A stretch of 64,000 nucleotides of DNA from the human T2T-CHM13v2.0 reference genome, Homo sapiens. Location: assembly GCF_009914755.1 (NCBI RefSeq), contig NC_060925.1; one strand, written 5' to 3'. Below, one piece after another: positions 1 to 16,011 of this stretch. The stretch's first letter is position 1. Each line of letters starts with the position of its first letter. The notes beneath the pieces are model-generated. The model saw nothing but the letters and a program-made list of their open reading frames with translations, searched no databases and had not been told where the DNA came from. The position numbers and the translations under genes are program-made.

Positions 1-485
1 CTCTTTCTTAACTAAGTAAGATGGAAACCACCACCCTTTACTGCCCAGGGCCTATGACGAGGAATAAAGACATTCCGTAGCTGTGAGTTTCTCAGCACAG
101 ACCCAGGCCCTGCCCTTCCCAATATCACTGGTCCTCCAAATGCCTCCTTTCCCTTTTCACAGCACCTGCCTAGCACACCGGCCAGCACATGGTAGGGTTT
201 CGATAAATAGCACCATTTTCTATGATGAGACATCACAGCTGAGGAAATACCAACTTAGATCCATCTATGGCTGGAGTTGGAGTTTAGGAGAGCAGAAAGT
301 TCACCTAACTGAGCAATCACAGAGCCAGGGAACATTTTCAAAATGGAAGAAAGTTTCAGGCTCCAGGCCACTGGCTTCCTTTGCCAGACTGGGCAATTGG
401 GAGCTATGGAGAAGCCAGGGAACTTGAGTTTGGATGCCATCATTTAGTTATTTTTCTTTAAAAAAAAAAAAAAAAAGAGAGAGAG

Positions 486-597
486 AGAGACGAGGTCTCA
501 TTATGTTGCCCAGGCTGGTACTTCTGAGCTCATGTGATCCTCCCACCTTGGCCTCCCAAAGTGCTAGGATTACAGGAGTGAGCCACTGCGTCCGGCT
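486..597 (-). mobile_element. Alu left monomer (FLAM-like)
   Basis: Reverse Alu left arm: GGTCTCATTATGTTGCCCAGGCTGG...CCTCCCAAAGTGCTAGGATTACAGG...GAGCCACTGCGTCCGGC; no right arm. Confidence 0.85.
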
Positions 598-1560
598 GAG
601 TTTGGATTTATTATAAAAGACACGCCATAGGTGGAAAGAAACTCTCGCTTGGATTTGGGGCTCAAAGATGGTCACTATTATCTTGCTTTCTATCTAGCAG
701 CCGTCTCTCCCTGCTGTCAGTTTCACCCCAAGCCCAGTCACTCTTATCTGCAAGCTGTTTCCTATGATGTTGTCTTCTACCATGATACCCTTCCCCAGTC
801 CTCATTTGTAAAAGTACTACTAACTTTGAGGGTCCAGGGGAAACACCACATTCCTCGGTAGCCCTTCCCAGACTTCCCCCAGCTGAAGGTTCTCCCTCTC
901 CCATCCTATCCCCAACTCCTTGCACACTTCTAGCCAGACTGGCAGCTCCTGGGTTCATTTCTTATTCCTCCTCCTGGACTGTAAGCACCCCTACTATCCC
1001 CTATCCCCCAGGATCCAGTCTTGCCGGCAGCACAGCACAGAACGCACTGGGTCCCTCCCAAGGAGTGAGTGGATATTACACACTTGCTAAGTGAAAGAAT
1101 GAGAGGAATATGATAACGCACAGCTTGGTGTGATAAGCCCCAGGCTGGTGTCAGCCGTGTGTCAAAAAACACATCCATTGGAGAACAGGGGACAGCTACA
1201 AGTCCAAACAGGAGTACAGTTTCAGTCCAGGACACCAGGCTCATTACTGGCAAAGACTGGGTTATCTGAAACCAGACTGTGCAACAGAAGTAAAAAGCCC
1301 GGCCACACTGCAGCCTCACCTGAGGCCATCTTCAACTCTTACCTCGGTCATCCCTTGGCTGAGTGGGAAAGCCACTAGCTGGGTACACCAGGGCCAGGAC
1401 CCTGCATTTCTTAGGAGCTGCCACTGGTATTATCATTAGAAAGAAGATAATAATACTAAACATTTTTTGGTATTTCTGTGTGCTGAGCGCTTCGTGTGAT
1501 TGCCTCTCTTAATCTACCTTTATACCAACCCCAAGATATAAATATAAAAACCACCTCACA

Positions 1561-1650
1561 GGCCAGGCCTAGTGGCACACACGTATAATTCCAGGAGTTC
1601 GAAACGAACCTGGGCAACATAGCGAGACCTGATCTCCACAATAAAAAAAT
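1561..1650 (+). mobile_element. Internally deleted Alu left monomer (FLAM-like) within a MIR remnant
   Basis: GGCCAGGCCTAGTGGCACAC...TAATTCCAGGAGTTCG...CCTGGGCAACATAGCGAGACC; MIR core GAAACTGAGGC follows at about 1683. Confidence 0.7.
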
Positions 1651-2035
1651 TTTTTTAAATAAAAAAGCACTTCACAGAGCAGGAAACTGAGGCTAGACTG
1701 CCCAGGATCACCTGAGGTAGTGGACAGAGGTGGCATGCGCCTAACACGAGGCTCTTTTTACTACAACTTTCCACCAGGACCCTCCAACTACTGCTTACCT
1801 TGACTTTCAACCTTGAGATTCTAAAGGCCAAACTATGAAGACTCAAGCAGCATTCCAGCTGTTCCCTGCCCACAGCCTCCAGGAGGAAGGCCAGGCCTCA
1901 ACACATCACCAAGGCCCTACTACCTGGGCACCCTAAAATCCCATTACTCAGTCAGACTGTGCTCCCTCTACTTCTTCTGCCTTCCGGCCCTAGAGCCCAG
2001 GGCCCAGGGCCTCCTCTGAAGGAACCAGCTGCCCC

Positions 2036-2102
2036 CAGTTATGGCCACACCCCCACTATGGTCACGCCCCCACTATGGTCCCATCATCTTACACTATGGT
2101 CC
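2036..2102. repeat. Short degenerate tandem repeat, ~17 bp unit (CCCCACTATGGTCACGC-like)
   Basis: CACTATGGTC occurs three times plus one degenerate copy (GTTATGGCC). Confidence 0.6.
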
Positions 2103-2369
2103 TCCAGCAAACACCCGCTCTACTCTCTACTCCCAAAACAGCTCCAGGTCACCTTCTCTATCAACCTTTACATCCACTCCCAGGCACCCCCTGATCCAGG
2201 GAGAACCAACCTCTCCCTGTCTCCCCTAGCCCGGGCCAGGACTTAATGCTGGTCTGGGCCCAGCACAGAATCTACACTCCCTTACTATGCTGTGTTTAAC
2301 ACTTCCTCTGGCTCTACTAGACTTGGGCTCCTTGAGGGCAGGGACCTTGTCTTAATTGATCTTCATATC

Positions 2370-2904
2370 CGTCAGGGGTGTGTGAACCAGAGCAACTCCA
2401 TCTTGAAAAGGAGCTGGGTAAGATGAGGCTGAAACCTACTGAGCTGCATTCTAAGTCACAGGATGAGACAGGAGGTCAGCACAAAATACAGGTCATAAAG
2501 ACTTTGCTGATAAAATAGGTTGCAGTAAAGAAGCCGGCCAAAACCTACCAAAACCAAGATGGCGACAAGAGTGACCTCTGGTCGTCCTCACTGCTACACT
2601 CCCACCTGCGCCGTGACAGTTTACAAATGCAATGGCAACGTCAGCAAGTTACCCTATATGGTCTAAAAAGGGGAGGCATGAATAACCCACCCCTTATTTA
2701 GCAGATGATCAAGAAATAACCATAAAAATGAGCAATCAGCAGCCCTCGGGGCTGCTCTGTCTATAGAGTAACCATTCTTTTATTCCTTTACTTTCTTAAT
2801 AAACTTGCTTTTACTTTGTACTGTGAACTCGCCCTGAATTCTTTCTTGTGCGAGATCCAAGAACCCTCTCTTGGGGTCTGGATTGGGACCCCTTTCCTGT
2901 AACA
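2370..2904 (+). mobile_element. MER41A solo LTR (ERV1), inserted into an L2 3' fragment
   Basis: Starts GTCAGGGGTGTGTGAACCAGAGCAACTCCATCTTG, ends GGGACCCCTTTCCTGTAACA; AATAAA at 2798-2803. Flanks CTAGACTTGGGCTCCTTGAGGGCAGGGAC / TCCCTAGTGC resemble a split L2 3' end. Confidence 0.9.
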
Positions 2905-3017
2905 TCCCTAGTGCTTATAGAATCCATTAAGTCATGTTTTAAAGCACAACTTCCCCTGAAACAACCTCCAAACCCCTTACCAGAGATGCTCTTCAATAAT
3001 TAAAATAACAAAGAAGA

Positions 3018-3632
<615 letters not shown>

Positions 3633-6600
3633 ATAGGATAAGCCATTGATCACCAAGGAAAGCAGAGATTTTTCCAAGGTTAGCTCTGAAAACTAGGACT
3701 CTTTAAGAATACCTGAGCTTCAAGTCAGTGACCCCACCTCCCCTGCAAAAAAAAAAAATACCTAAGAAAAAGGCAATCTCTGCAGAAAAATCTCACTGAT
3801 TTAGAATAATCAGGGACAAGAGACAAAAAGATGGTCTACCTTAACACTGCAACAAAATCATAATGCTCATCTGATGAACTGGGGCATATGTGCATACAGC
3901 TTTAGAGACTCAATGGGGTCATCTGTCACTGGTGCATCCCATGCGGACAAGCAAACGGAACACACCAATTTCAGGCAGTTTAAGATTATCAAGCAGGTTT
4001 TGTAACCTTCCCACATCTTATTAACACCACTCATTTGCTTGACAAACCTGCCCTCTGGTCTTGGACTGAAGGACTGAGGCATGAGCCCTGCCCTGAGGCC
4101 AGTTATAAATTTCAAACTGAGCCACCCCCAAAAAACACACAAGTTTTCCAAGTAGCCTAATGAGAGCTGATGATACTGAGTCGGGCCAGCCCAAGTTGAC
4201 ATTGGCGAGTGAAGTTTTTAGTCAAGCTGCAGTAACAGGATAACCAAGACAACATCGGCATCCCTTCTCTGCGCAGCAAAGGGAAATGAAGCTGGTTCTC
4301 AAACAGCCAGCCTTGCTTTGGACTGATATCTAGGGAAACATTCCCCTTAGGATTCAAGGCAGACTGCACTGTGAGAAATCATTTGTCCTTTGCACACAGT
4401 CAATGAGCTTAGACAACGCCAGGCAGTCAGAAAGTTGGCTTCTGTGCCACTCACTTGTTCCTGACACCACTTGGTAACTCAAAGACCCTGGAGTTTGGTC
4501 CTGAAAAATCCCTAACTCCCCGGTTGCCCTGTACTCAGAAATAACCAAAAGCTTTAGCTGCTGCCAAAAAAGGGAAAAGAAAGAAAACCCCAGGAACACA
4601 CCAAATCCATGTCCAACTCCTTTGCCCCTTGGAACAAAACCCATTGCAGGCACACACAAAGCGGGGGAAGGCAGGACAAAGAAGAGGCCAGGTCACACTC
4701 GACAAGGCGCTTTCTTGTCGTTTCCAAAACAGAACTGTCCTCTATTAAAATGCTCTTGTTGCTCGGATGTTGGTGCGGGAAGGGGTGGGGGGAGCACAAA
4801 TCTCAAAACAAAAGGCGAGACACAGCATGTAGGGAAGCCCGGGCAGGCTCCTTCTCCCTGCACACTTCCAAGCCTTTGAATACCCGCAGATCTCGGTCCA
4901 GAGCTGGCAGCTGTCTGTTATTATCCCAGCAACTCCAAGGGCCCCAGCACCAGGGAGCATGTCCCGAGCAGGTGAACACCATCTGCCCGGCTGACAAGAT
5001 GCCCGTCTTAGTGCCTGCTGCTGCCAGCAGGCCGTGTGGACCTCGGGGAGGCGCAGCCAACCTCAACACCCTCTCTGGGATGATTCTTCAACTCTCAGCC
5101 AGGCTTTCTTCTCTCTCCCCAGGGGCCGCAGGCTCCGTCACTACCTAGCATTTTTCACAGGAGGAGAGCTCTTTTAAAAAACACCTGGTCACCTTCCATA
5201 GAGATTTCTAAAGGCATTGAGAGCATGGTTTTTCTACTGGGGGGTGGGCTGGGGGAAAATGCAGAGTTGGGTACACATAAGAAAAGAGAGCCCACGGACA
5301 CACCTTCCCAGGGGTTAATTTTAAGAAGGGTTTTTAATTGATCTACAAAGAGAAGAAAGTTTTCTACCCGCCTTTTAAAAAGCACTACCTGCATTAGCTA
5401 AACCATTCCCAACACACCCCAACCCACTTCCTCCCTCCCCCACCCTCACAGTTTTAATTGGGGTAAGTGGCTCCCTGATGCAATCTGCAAAGCACCAGCC
5501 CAGACCAGGGCAAGAGCAAGAGCTAAGTGGAATAGTGGGGCTGGGTGGGTGGGCCTAGAGAGTTCCAACTCTGTGCTTCCACTCACCACTATTTTACAGA
5601 TTCAAGTACAGTATTTCCACTTGCTGGTCTTTTCAAACAACTGAAATACCTATACCACCTGTGAGGGTGGGGGGAGAACCACCCCCGCTTTATGCAGTGA
5701 GGGAGCTGAGCTGACTCACTGGGAGCATGCAGATTGGCAGTGGTGAGCATGAATGCTTTTGGGTCTGGGTCTCCGTGTGGGGGCTGACATCACCTGGAAG
5801 GACCGCAGGTCCCCACCCACAATCTCTCTAGAACTCTTGGGCAATAAGAAATCTGTGGCTTGATGTCTTCCAAGCCACACATGCTTGGGTCTATTTCGCG
5901 GACCCTAATCGATGGCTGACTTCTTTAGCCTGCTGACCAGAGCCGATTCTTTGATGGGAAAACAAGGTGGGGGACACATCATGGGGAGAGAACTGGCCAT
6001 CCCAGAAGGGGGCAGCAGAGGGAAGGTCTGGCGCTGGGCAGCCTCTGGGCTCAAGACGGAAATCCACCACCAGTGAAGACCAGGGTCCTCCCTGACTTAA
6101 TGCACCAACTGCTGAGAACACCATAGGAAGGGCTGAGATGGAGTGTTCCCTGCTTCGGAACAGAAGCCAAGAAGGAGAGAGGCAGCAGTGTGGAGGGTCT
6201 GTCATGTCAAAGTGGGTCCAAGCCCTACTGGGCCCCCAGGCCCTGGGAAACTTTCCAGGCAAAGTGAAGACAATCACCCTGCCTGCCTGACTTGCAGGAC
6301 CTGTCGTGAGGCTCCTCCAGGGACAATGGAGGTAAAAGAGCTTGAAAAACTATTAAAGGACCTACCCACAAGAGGTCAAAATCGAGACAACCCTGCCTAC
6401 CTCATGGGGCCCATTGAGAGCATGTGAGCCAGCCCCACAGCCCCCAAGGGTAAGACACCCATAGCTGCAGCATCACCACCGTCACTCGGAGGGGCGGCAG
6501 ACTCAGGAGGGCAGCCTGACCACACTGAGCAGCAGCCCTCCTGTCCTACCCTGCACCCGTGCCGAGTCAGAGTCTCCAATTTCTAAGGTTTTTGGCTGGA

Positions 6601-6987
6601 GAATGAGCCAAACCATCATCACTATAAAAAAGCAAGGAGGTGGCATGTAGAAATAGTCCTTGTATGACTCTACCCAAAGCAAGCTCTGTGTTGTTCCCCG
6701 GAGCCACAGTTCTGGGGACTCCTTGACCGTCTACAGCAGCCAAGGCCCCTGCCCAGCGCACTCACAGCTGGGGAGACTCTCAGATCCATCTAAGCCTAAA
6801 CCCAAGACTGCCTCTCTCCAGCATCCACCGGCTGATTTGCCTCCACAGAAAAGGGGCTCCAGCACATAGCACCAGCTCTGAGCTCTGTAGTATTTCAAAA
6901 GAAAGTCTTGCTGGGGGCAAGTGGCCAAAGAGGGCTTCCCTTCTCAAGGAGGGTGCAGCTTGGGATGTGTGTTAAAGAATATGCAGT

Positions 6988-7145
6988 GGCCAGGCACAAT
7001 GGCTCATGCCTGTAATCCCAGTGCTTTGGGAGGCGGGGGATCAGTGGAGGTCAGGAGTTTGAGGTTACAGTGAGATATGGATCGCACCACTGCACTCCAG
7101 CCTAGGTGACAGGGTGAGATACTCTCTCTTTAAAAAAAAAAAAAA
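6988..7145 (+). mobile_element. Alu monomer (FRAM-like or internally recombined Alu)
   Basis: Alu 5' end joined directly to right-arm 3' sequence (GCACCACTGCACTCCAGCCTAGGTGACAG) and an A tail. Confidence 0.75.
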
Positions 7146-7147
7146 GA

Positions 7148-7409
<262 letters not shown>

Positions 7410-8275
7410 TTTGCAGGATTACATAGAGGACCAGAGAACATGTCCTGTACACTCCTTCCTTCACAGCCTCTACTATGGGCCCAAAGGAAAGAGATGACCC
7501 CTCTCTGTATCCTTAAGGCTCCCACCCATTCTGATGTCACAAGTCCTGAGGCCAGTGTTCAGACAAGACCACCACAGCCATGTCAGGGGGCTACCAGGCC
7601 TCACAAGCTTGGGTCCCACCTGGGAGCCAGAGCCCACAGCACAGTGCCATACTGCAGCCTTTGGGTGTCTCTCCCCTCTGAGCTCCCCCTCCAGTGGGGG
7701 TTGATTGGTCCAGCTTCCTGGAAATGTCTCTTCCACTTTGAATCCACTTCAGAAAGGCAGGCCCAGGAGGGAGGCCAGGAGGGGGTGGGATGGGAAGGAA
7801 CATCCTGTCTGCATCAGAGCAGGGGAGGTGGCCCTGAGCCTGCCCACGTGTGCCTGGAGCTTTTTTTTTTTTTTTTTTTTCCATTGAGCAGGAAGTGTTC
7901 ATTCCACCGACAAACAAGCATCTGGGGTCGTGCTAGGGTTAGGGCGGTGGAGCCAGCTCTGATTTGTAGAAGTGAACAATCCAAGACAATGGGTGTACAA
8001 CGGCAGAGAAATCAGCTCCAGATGCAGGCCAGAGACAGCTGCCCAGGGACCAATCGGGGTAATCAATCCTGTTGATATGTTTGTTCTCCAAAGAAGAACC
8101 TGGGGGAGGGGGCTGCAGCCTCTGCCTCGCCAGACAATGGAAGGCAGCTGGGAGCACAGTCTATAACCCTTCTTTCTGATACAGTCTAGGGCTCCTGCTT
8201 TCTCTTCTGTCTCAAGGCTTCCCTGCTCCTCAGCCAGGAACTAGGGGGGCTCACACCGAAGCTGTGTGCCTGTGC

Positions 8276-8392
8276 TTTTTTTTTTTTTTTTTTCTTTTTT
8301 CTTTTTAAAGAGCTGGGGTCTCACTATGTTGCCGAGGCTGGGTTAAAACTCCTGGGCTCAATCTTCCCACCTCAGCCTCCCGAGTAGCTATG
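8276..8392 (-). mobile_element. Truncated Alu monomer (FLAM-like)
   Basis: Poly(T) then GGGGTCTCACTATGTTGCCGAGGCTGG...CCTCAGCCTCCCGAGTAGCT; TSD-like GCCTGTGCTTTTT / GCCTATGCTTTTT. Confidence 0.8.
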
Positions 8393-8584
8393 CCTATGCT
8401 TTTTAACATCAACAGTCAAGTACTCTGGGGTCAATGCCTAAGGTCTTGCACAAAAGCACGGGGGCCTGGAGTGTTCCTGCCCTGCAGCCGTAGGCTGCCC
8501 ATCACTTCTGTGCAGTGCTCGTAAGCAGATGCTACTCAAGAGTCAAGATAGCTAAGCTTTCCCAAATATTAGGGCAGCTGGTAA

Positions 8585-8924
<340 letters not shown>

Positions 8925-10426
8925 TGAGGTATCAGAGTGGCTGAGATGGAAAATGGGAGCCAGCCAAGGGGGGCTTAGCCAAACAGTTACTAAGGAGCAG
9001 AGTTGGGGCCAGCACCCAAGGTAAAACGTAGACCCAGTCTCCAAGGGGAGACAGGATTACCTGATTGTCTGGCAGGGGTAGGGGAGGAAGACCACATACT
9101 GACAAGACACACCAAGGAAGTGTATGCGGGCACACATTCAAATAAGCAGTTCTGAGGACCTACCATGTAGCGCAAACTCCAGAGGGAAGCAAAAAGGGCG
9201 AAGGACTCCTCCACTTCACAGAGCTGTGAGATCCAGAAGAAGGGCACAGCAACCCTTTTATATCACACATGTCACCAAAGGCTGTGGCCTGCAGTTGTGC
9301 CTACACCTGGCTAGTGCAGTTTCACCAACATTGGTGGGGACAGCAAAAGCTCCCTACCTGGCACTCACAAAGCCTCAACATTTTCTTTAAAAAGATTTGT
9401 GAAATAGACTGTTAAATGGATGAGCAGTTAGTTGGGTCTGATACCTTGAACATGCTTCCCTAGACAAAGATTCTATGAACTTAAATATTTCCTTAGATCC
9501 TGCCTAAAAGGGACCTCAAAGGGCTCTTAAGGAAAAGAGTTGTTCTTTTTGTGGAACTGGTCTCACCAGAATTGGAGAGTGAGCTGCCTAGTTAAGACAG
9601 TGAGCACCCGGTCAACTGGCAGTGTCCCAGCAAAGGAGGTGAATGAGGAGGCTTCCAGTGTCCCCTCCCAGTATGAAGTCAAAGCCACCTGGGTACAGAC
9701 GCTGGACAGGGAGGGGATACTTGTTGATCTGGCCAACCTTCCTTGATAAGCAGGAAAGGGGGAAGGGAGCTGAAAATCCTAAGAACAAAAGAACGGCAGA
9801 GCTTGTCACTCGGCCCTGATCATCCATGGCACCCTATCCAGCCATCTGTCACAGCATATAGAAATTCCCCGCGTGTGATTCTGTCTGCCTGGAGAGGCTG
9901 CTGGCTCTTATCCATCTCCCTATTCCCACTGAGCTTGGTGCCCAGGAGGCCCCCATAAACATTACTGAACAAAATGTTGAATCAAGGCTACTACCGGAGC
10001 CTCCCTGTACAGATCAAGCACTGTCTGTACCCATTCCTCAAGGCCAAGGCTCTCTGGGCCACATAACTCTCTCTCCTTAACTTGTGAGACAGCCTGCAGC
10101 TCATAACTGCACACAATAGCACAAGACCATGCCTGGTCTACCTCTGTTTCCAGCCGCCGCCTGTCCCTCCTCTCTTACATAGCTGCAAGTCCCTGGCAGT
10201 CAAGGAAAAGAAAGAACTCACCACACACCACTTGGTACTATGAGAAGCACACAGCAGATGGACTTGGTGTTTGGTACAGAAAGTAGAAAAGTCGGAGTTA
10301 TAACATTTTTCATCTAGAGCAAGCAAAAAAAGAGATTCTTCAATGTTTAATAACTTCCAGTGCAAGTTAAAATGCAGTTAGAGTACCCATTTATCTATTG
10401 CTAGCCTCAGTATAAATTAAGACAAC

Positions 10427-10819
<393 letters not shown>

Positions 10820-10903
10820 TAATTTGGCAAAGGATTCAAGGGTTTTAGCAGGAGGGTCCTTATTTTCTGACCCAGTAATTGCACTTCTGGGAATTTATTC
10901 TAA

Positions 10904-11196
10904 CTGGGCGCGGTGGCTCACGCCTGTAATCCCAGCACTTTGGGAGGCTGAGGCGGGAAGATCACAAGGTCAGAAGATCAAGACCATCCTGGCTAGCACA
11001 CAGTGAAACCCCAACTCTATTAAAAATACAAAAAATCAGCTGGGTGTGGTGGCAGGCACCTGTGGTCCCAGCTCGGGAGGCTGAGGGAGGAGGATGGTAT
11101 GAACTCGGGAAGTGGAGCTTGCAGTGAGCCAAGATCGCGCCACCGCACTCCAGCCTGGACGACAGAGCGAGACTCTGTCTCAAAAATAAATAAATA
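10904..11196 (+). mobile_element. AluY (diverged)
   Basis: GATCAAGACCATCCTGGCTA and GGAGCTTGCAGTGAGCC; A-rich tail interrupted by AluYb8. Confidence 0.85.
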
Positions 11197-11558
<362 letters not shown>

Positions 11559-11909
11559 TGTCTTAGTCTGTTCTTGCTACTATAAGAAAATACCTTCGCG
11601 TGGGTACTTTATAAATAATAGAAATGTATTGCTCACAGTTCCAGAGCTGGGGAAGTCTGAGATCAAGGCACTCGCAAATTTGGTGTCTGGTGAGGGCTTG
11701 AGCTCTGCTTCAAAAATGGCACCTTCTTGCTGCATCCTCACACGGCATCCCTTCAGCCTCTTTTAGGAGGGCACTCATTCCATTCATGACGATGGAGCCC
11801 TCATGACCTAATCACATTCCCCAAACGACCCACCTTTCACTACTATCACACTGAAAATTATGCTTCAACAATGTGAATTTTGGGGAGACTCAGTATTCAG
11901 ATCACAGCA
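11559..11909 (-). mobile_element. MLT1A0-type solo LTR (ERVL-MaLR)
   Basis: TGTCTTAGTC...AAATTTGGTGTCTGGTGAGGGC...GGAGCCCTCATGACCTAATCAC...ATTCAGATCACAGCA matches the reverse MLT1A/A0 consensus. Confidence 0.85.
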
Positions 11910-12079
11910 AAAATCATCCACAATGGAAGGCAAAGATGTTCACTGCAGTGTTATGTACAATGGCAGGGTGGAGAGATGGAGGACAGGAAGGAATCGCCAA
12001 TTAAGGGAATGATTCAATAAAGCATATGAGGCCATTAAACTGTAATGATAATATACTATTTATCAAAAGAAAAAGCATC

Positions 12080-12368
<289 letters not shown>

Positions 12369-12582
12369 TCATAATTTGATAAACATGTTTATCAAACAAA
12401 AAAGCATCAAACCACAAAAAAATGTGTAGACCTGGGCAGCCTTTTTTCCAAGTCTAGAAGTCACTCAGGATAATAGTAAATGTTTCCCTTTCACTTTCCA
12501 AAACGTGTCCAAAGTTGTCTACAAGAGATGGGGTGCTGTACTCAAGGAGGGAAGACAGTGAGGTCATGTCTCCATCCTCTGT

Positions 12583-12891
<309 letters not shown>

Positions 12892-13929
12892 TCTCCATCC
12901 TCTTTCTATGCCATCTACCTCATCTCCAGGCTTGGGGTGGGAGCGAGGAGAGGTGGGTAAAGACTTTGAACCAAGGCAAATGAACATGGTTCCAGGTAGT
13001 GTTCACATGACACCTCCAAGGATGACATTTAACCAACAGGAACCTTCTGGGAGTATTTCAATACCCTCCAAAAAACCAAACCAGGCATGCAGGCTTTATA
13101 TATGCAATGTGCATGTGCGTACAGAGAGCCATAATTTTCAATATAGAGATACAGCTATACCATTCCGTTCCCTAACAGCAGCAGTGGCCAACTTTCTACC
13201 CCAACCAGCCATCTGGGGCTCAAAGGGAAGGTGTCAGATTGATCACCAGGGTAGGATTAAGTTTTTTTTTTCTTCTTAAATCCCCTTAACTGAGAAAGCA
13301 GCTTGAGCCAATTCTGCTTTCCTCACAGACACCAAAACACCAAGCTATAGTTACACCAGTTCATCTTCACACCCCAGAGTTTGGGGGGCTGGGGGAGGAT
13401 AAAGCTTTCCAAGCAGCTCTCTGCCGAGTCTCACCTCCTGGTGGAGGAGCTGGAGGCACAGGCTGTAAGGAACAGGACTGCCAGGAGAGGAATGTGTCCA
13501 TAGCCTGCTCTCCCAGGTCCCCTTCAGATGCAGGAAGTGGCATCACCTCTCAGGAGCCTCTCCACATCCCCCACCCCAAGCCGGGAATCTTCCCCCTCCT
13601 CCCACTACAAAGATATTCCAGACTATTATATCACTGTACCAGCCTTACCTATGCCAGTTACAATATCCTTAAAACTTAGTGAGAGAGTAACAGGAGGGAA
13701 GGGGTCGTCCTTTCCCAGGATGTATCCGGCACCTTTCCCTGCTATGATTTCATCTATCCCCCGCAGCAACCCAGTGAATGGCAATTCCCATTCTATGGAT
13801 GAGCGAATTGAGGCTTGGAAACACTGCAATTCTTTGGCCGAATCCTTAGTGTTCTAGGCTGTCCACGCCACACCAGCTGCAGCAGACCACGCTCAATGGA
13901 GTAGAAGGGCAAAGAACCAACCAGCCCTG

Positions 13930-14110
13930 AGCACTGGGGACCTGCAGGTGCTTCTACATGTGTTCTTTCTAATCCTTCTAATAACCTAGAGAAGTGAGGA
14001 AGTATCCTTATCCGCAGCCTACAGATGAGAAAACTGAGGCTCAGCGAAGAGCTAACATCCTTCTCAAACAGCTTCTAAATGATGAGCCAGATAGACTTAA
14101 GAGCTAGGGC
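13930..14110 (-). mobile_element. MIR
   Basis: Core ACAGATGAGAAAACTGAGGCTCAG. Confidence 0.75.
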
Positions 14111-15144
14111 CCATGTCCCCTTGCACAGTGACGGTCACCTTCTCCCCACCCTCACCATTAAATGGAAAGCTCCTCTGACAATGTAGACGTGAATGGGAGT
14201 TGCAGAGTGACCCGCTCTGCAACTCCCATCCAGGTCTACACCTGGCACTATGTAGGTACATAAGACATCTGCCTGTGCTGGGGGAAGGACGGGAAGCAGA
14301 AACCCCTTTATAAGGGAAATTTCCAAACACAGAAGCAGCAGGAGCCTCAGGACTCAGCCTTACCCACTCAGTGTCACTTTCAGCCCCACAGGTGGGAAGG
14401 TCCTCAGCATCCCCTACCTCCACGCAAGCCAACTTTCTGTGCTCCTGCTTGTACCACACAGACCCTCCCTGAATTTGTTAATGATCAACCTTCCAGGCTG
14501 GCGCGAGCCTTCCAAGGGGACAATGACCACCTGCAGGAAAAATGGCCAGAGGCAGGTTCTGCATCAATTTATTAGGTTTAAAGAAAAAAAAAAGTCCTGA
14601 AGAAAAAGCAGCAGCTAAGACATGGTATTTCCAGAAAATTTGTATTATTCTTTTGTTGGCCTCTTCTCTTTGAAGGACGCAGGTGGCCTGGGAAGCATCT
14701 GAGGAATGAAGCAACCACAAAGACTAATGCTGGAGAAACTGGCTTCAAACTCACTGTCTAGACAGACTTCACGATTTTTCAAGATTTGACAGAAGGAAGG
14801 CTCCCTCAGTGTCCAGACCCCTCTGAAATGCACCAACAGGAGGCAGCTTGCCATCCATTCCTGTCCCAGGTACCTGCTTCATGCCAGGCTGGAGAGGGAG
14901 GTGAATCTTCAGAGGTGAATCAGAGGCCTCCCTGCCCTCTAGGGACTTCCAATCTAGCAGAAGAGTCAAATGCCAGTGACTTCCAGGGTGGAAAAGCACT
15001 GAACAAAAGTGAAAGGGAAGCCAGTTTCAGAGATGAGAAATGGGGTGACACTGGCCTTTTTCAAAAAAAGAAATGGACCACAGAGGGAAGACATCTGGCT
15101 TCAAAGAAGCCAAAGACAGGCAAAGGCAGATTATACCAAAAAGG

Positions 15145-15440
<296 letters not shown>

Positions 15441-15935
15441 CACCAGAAAAGTTTTAAGTTAATGCCAGAGTCCTGAGAGGTGGGAAGGAGGTCAGGAAGT
15501 AGCTGCTGAACATCATCCAGGTGCTAGGAACTGGGGGCAGACACAGAGGCACAGGCCTTGACTTCAAGGAAACCAGGAGAAAGAGAAGGAGAGCAGATAA
15601 GCAGATAGCTTCAATCCACACACGGAAGCTTCTGGGGCTTTCTCGGAAACTGCAGCAACTAGAACAGTGCCTGGCATACGGTACGCATTCAACCAATGAA
15701 TTTGTGGAATGAATGAACAAGAGTACAAAAAAAGGGTGTAGTTTATTCCGCTCTGGGAGGCAGGAAAGCTTTGCTGGGAAAATAACCTGGAGCTCAGTTG
15801 CAAGGGGAAGCTTGCCCCCTAGCAAGCAAAAGCAGCAAGGGGCATGTCAGGCAGAAGAAAATGCACAGGCAAAGGCACAGTGGCCTAAGGGAACATGGTA
15901 TAGCCAAGAACTCCCAAGAAGCCCTTCTGTTCATG

Positions 15936-16011
15936 CTGGAGAGACAGAGGATGCTGTGACAAAGGCACTGACCCTGGAGAGACAGGAGATGCTGTGACAA
16001 AGGCGCTGACC
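15936..16011. repeat. 38 bp tandem duplication (2 copies) within an L2-like fragment
   Basis: CTGGAGAGACAGAGGATGCTGTGACAAAGGCACTGACC followed by CTGGAGAGACAGGAGATGCTGTGACAAAGGCGCTGACC. Confidence 0.9.

Noticed and set aside
459-490. A-runs where T-runs are expected at tails of minus-strand old Alus (also about 10440 and 42199)
   Set aside because: Ordinary slippage of old FLAM/AluJ tails and linkers; not evidence of inversion.
7440-8075. 211 aa + strand ORF
   Set aside because: Contains a poly-T-derived F run and has no domain similarity.
14314-14324. Isolated NF-kB-like sites (GGGAAATTTCC here, GGGAAATTCC at 53608-53617) and scattered AP-1 heptamers
   Set aside because: Single short motifs are expected by chance in 64 kb and have no supporting context.
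15936-16011. 38 bp direct repeat as a possible CRISPR-like array
   Set aside because: Only two abutting copies with no spacers, in eukaryotic DNA; a simple tandem duplication. The same applies to 58216-58259 and 2036-2102.
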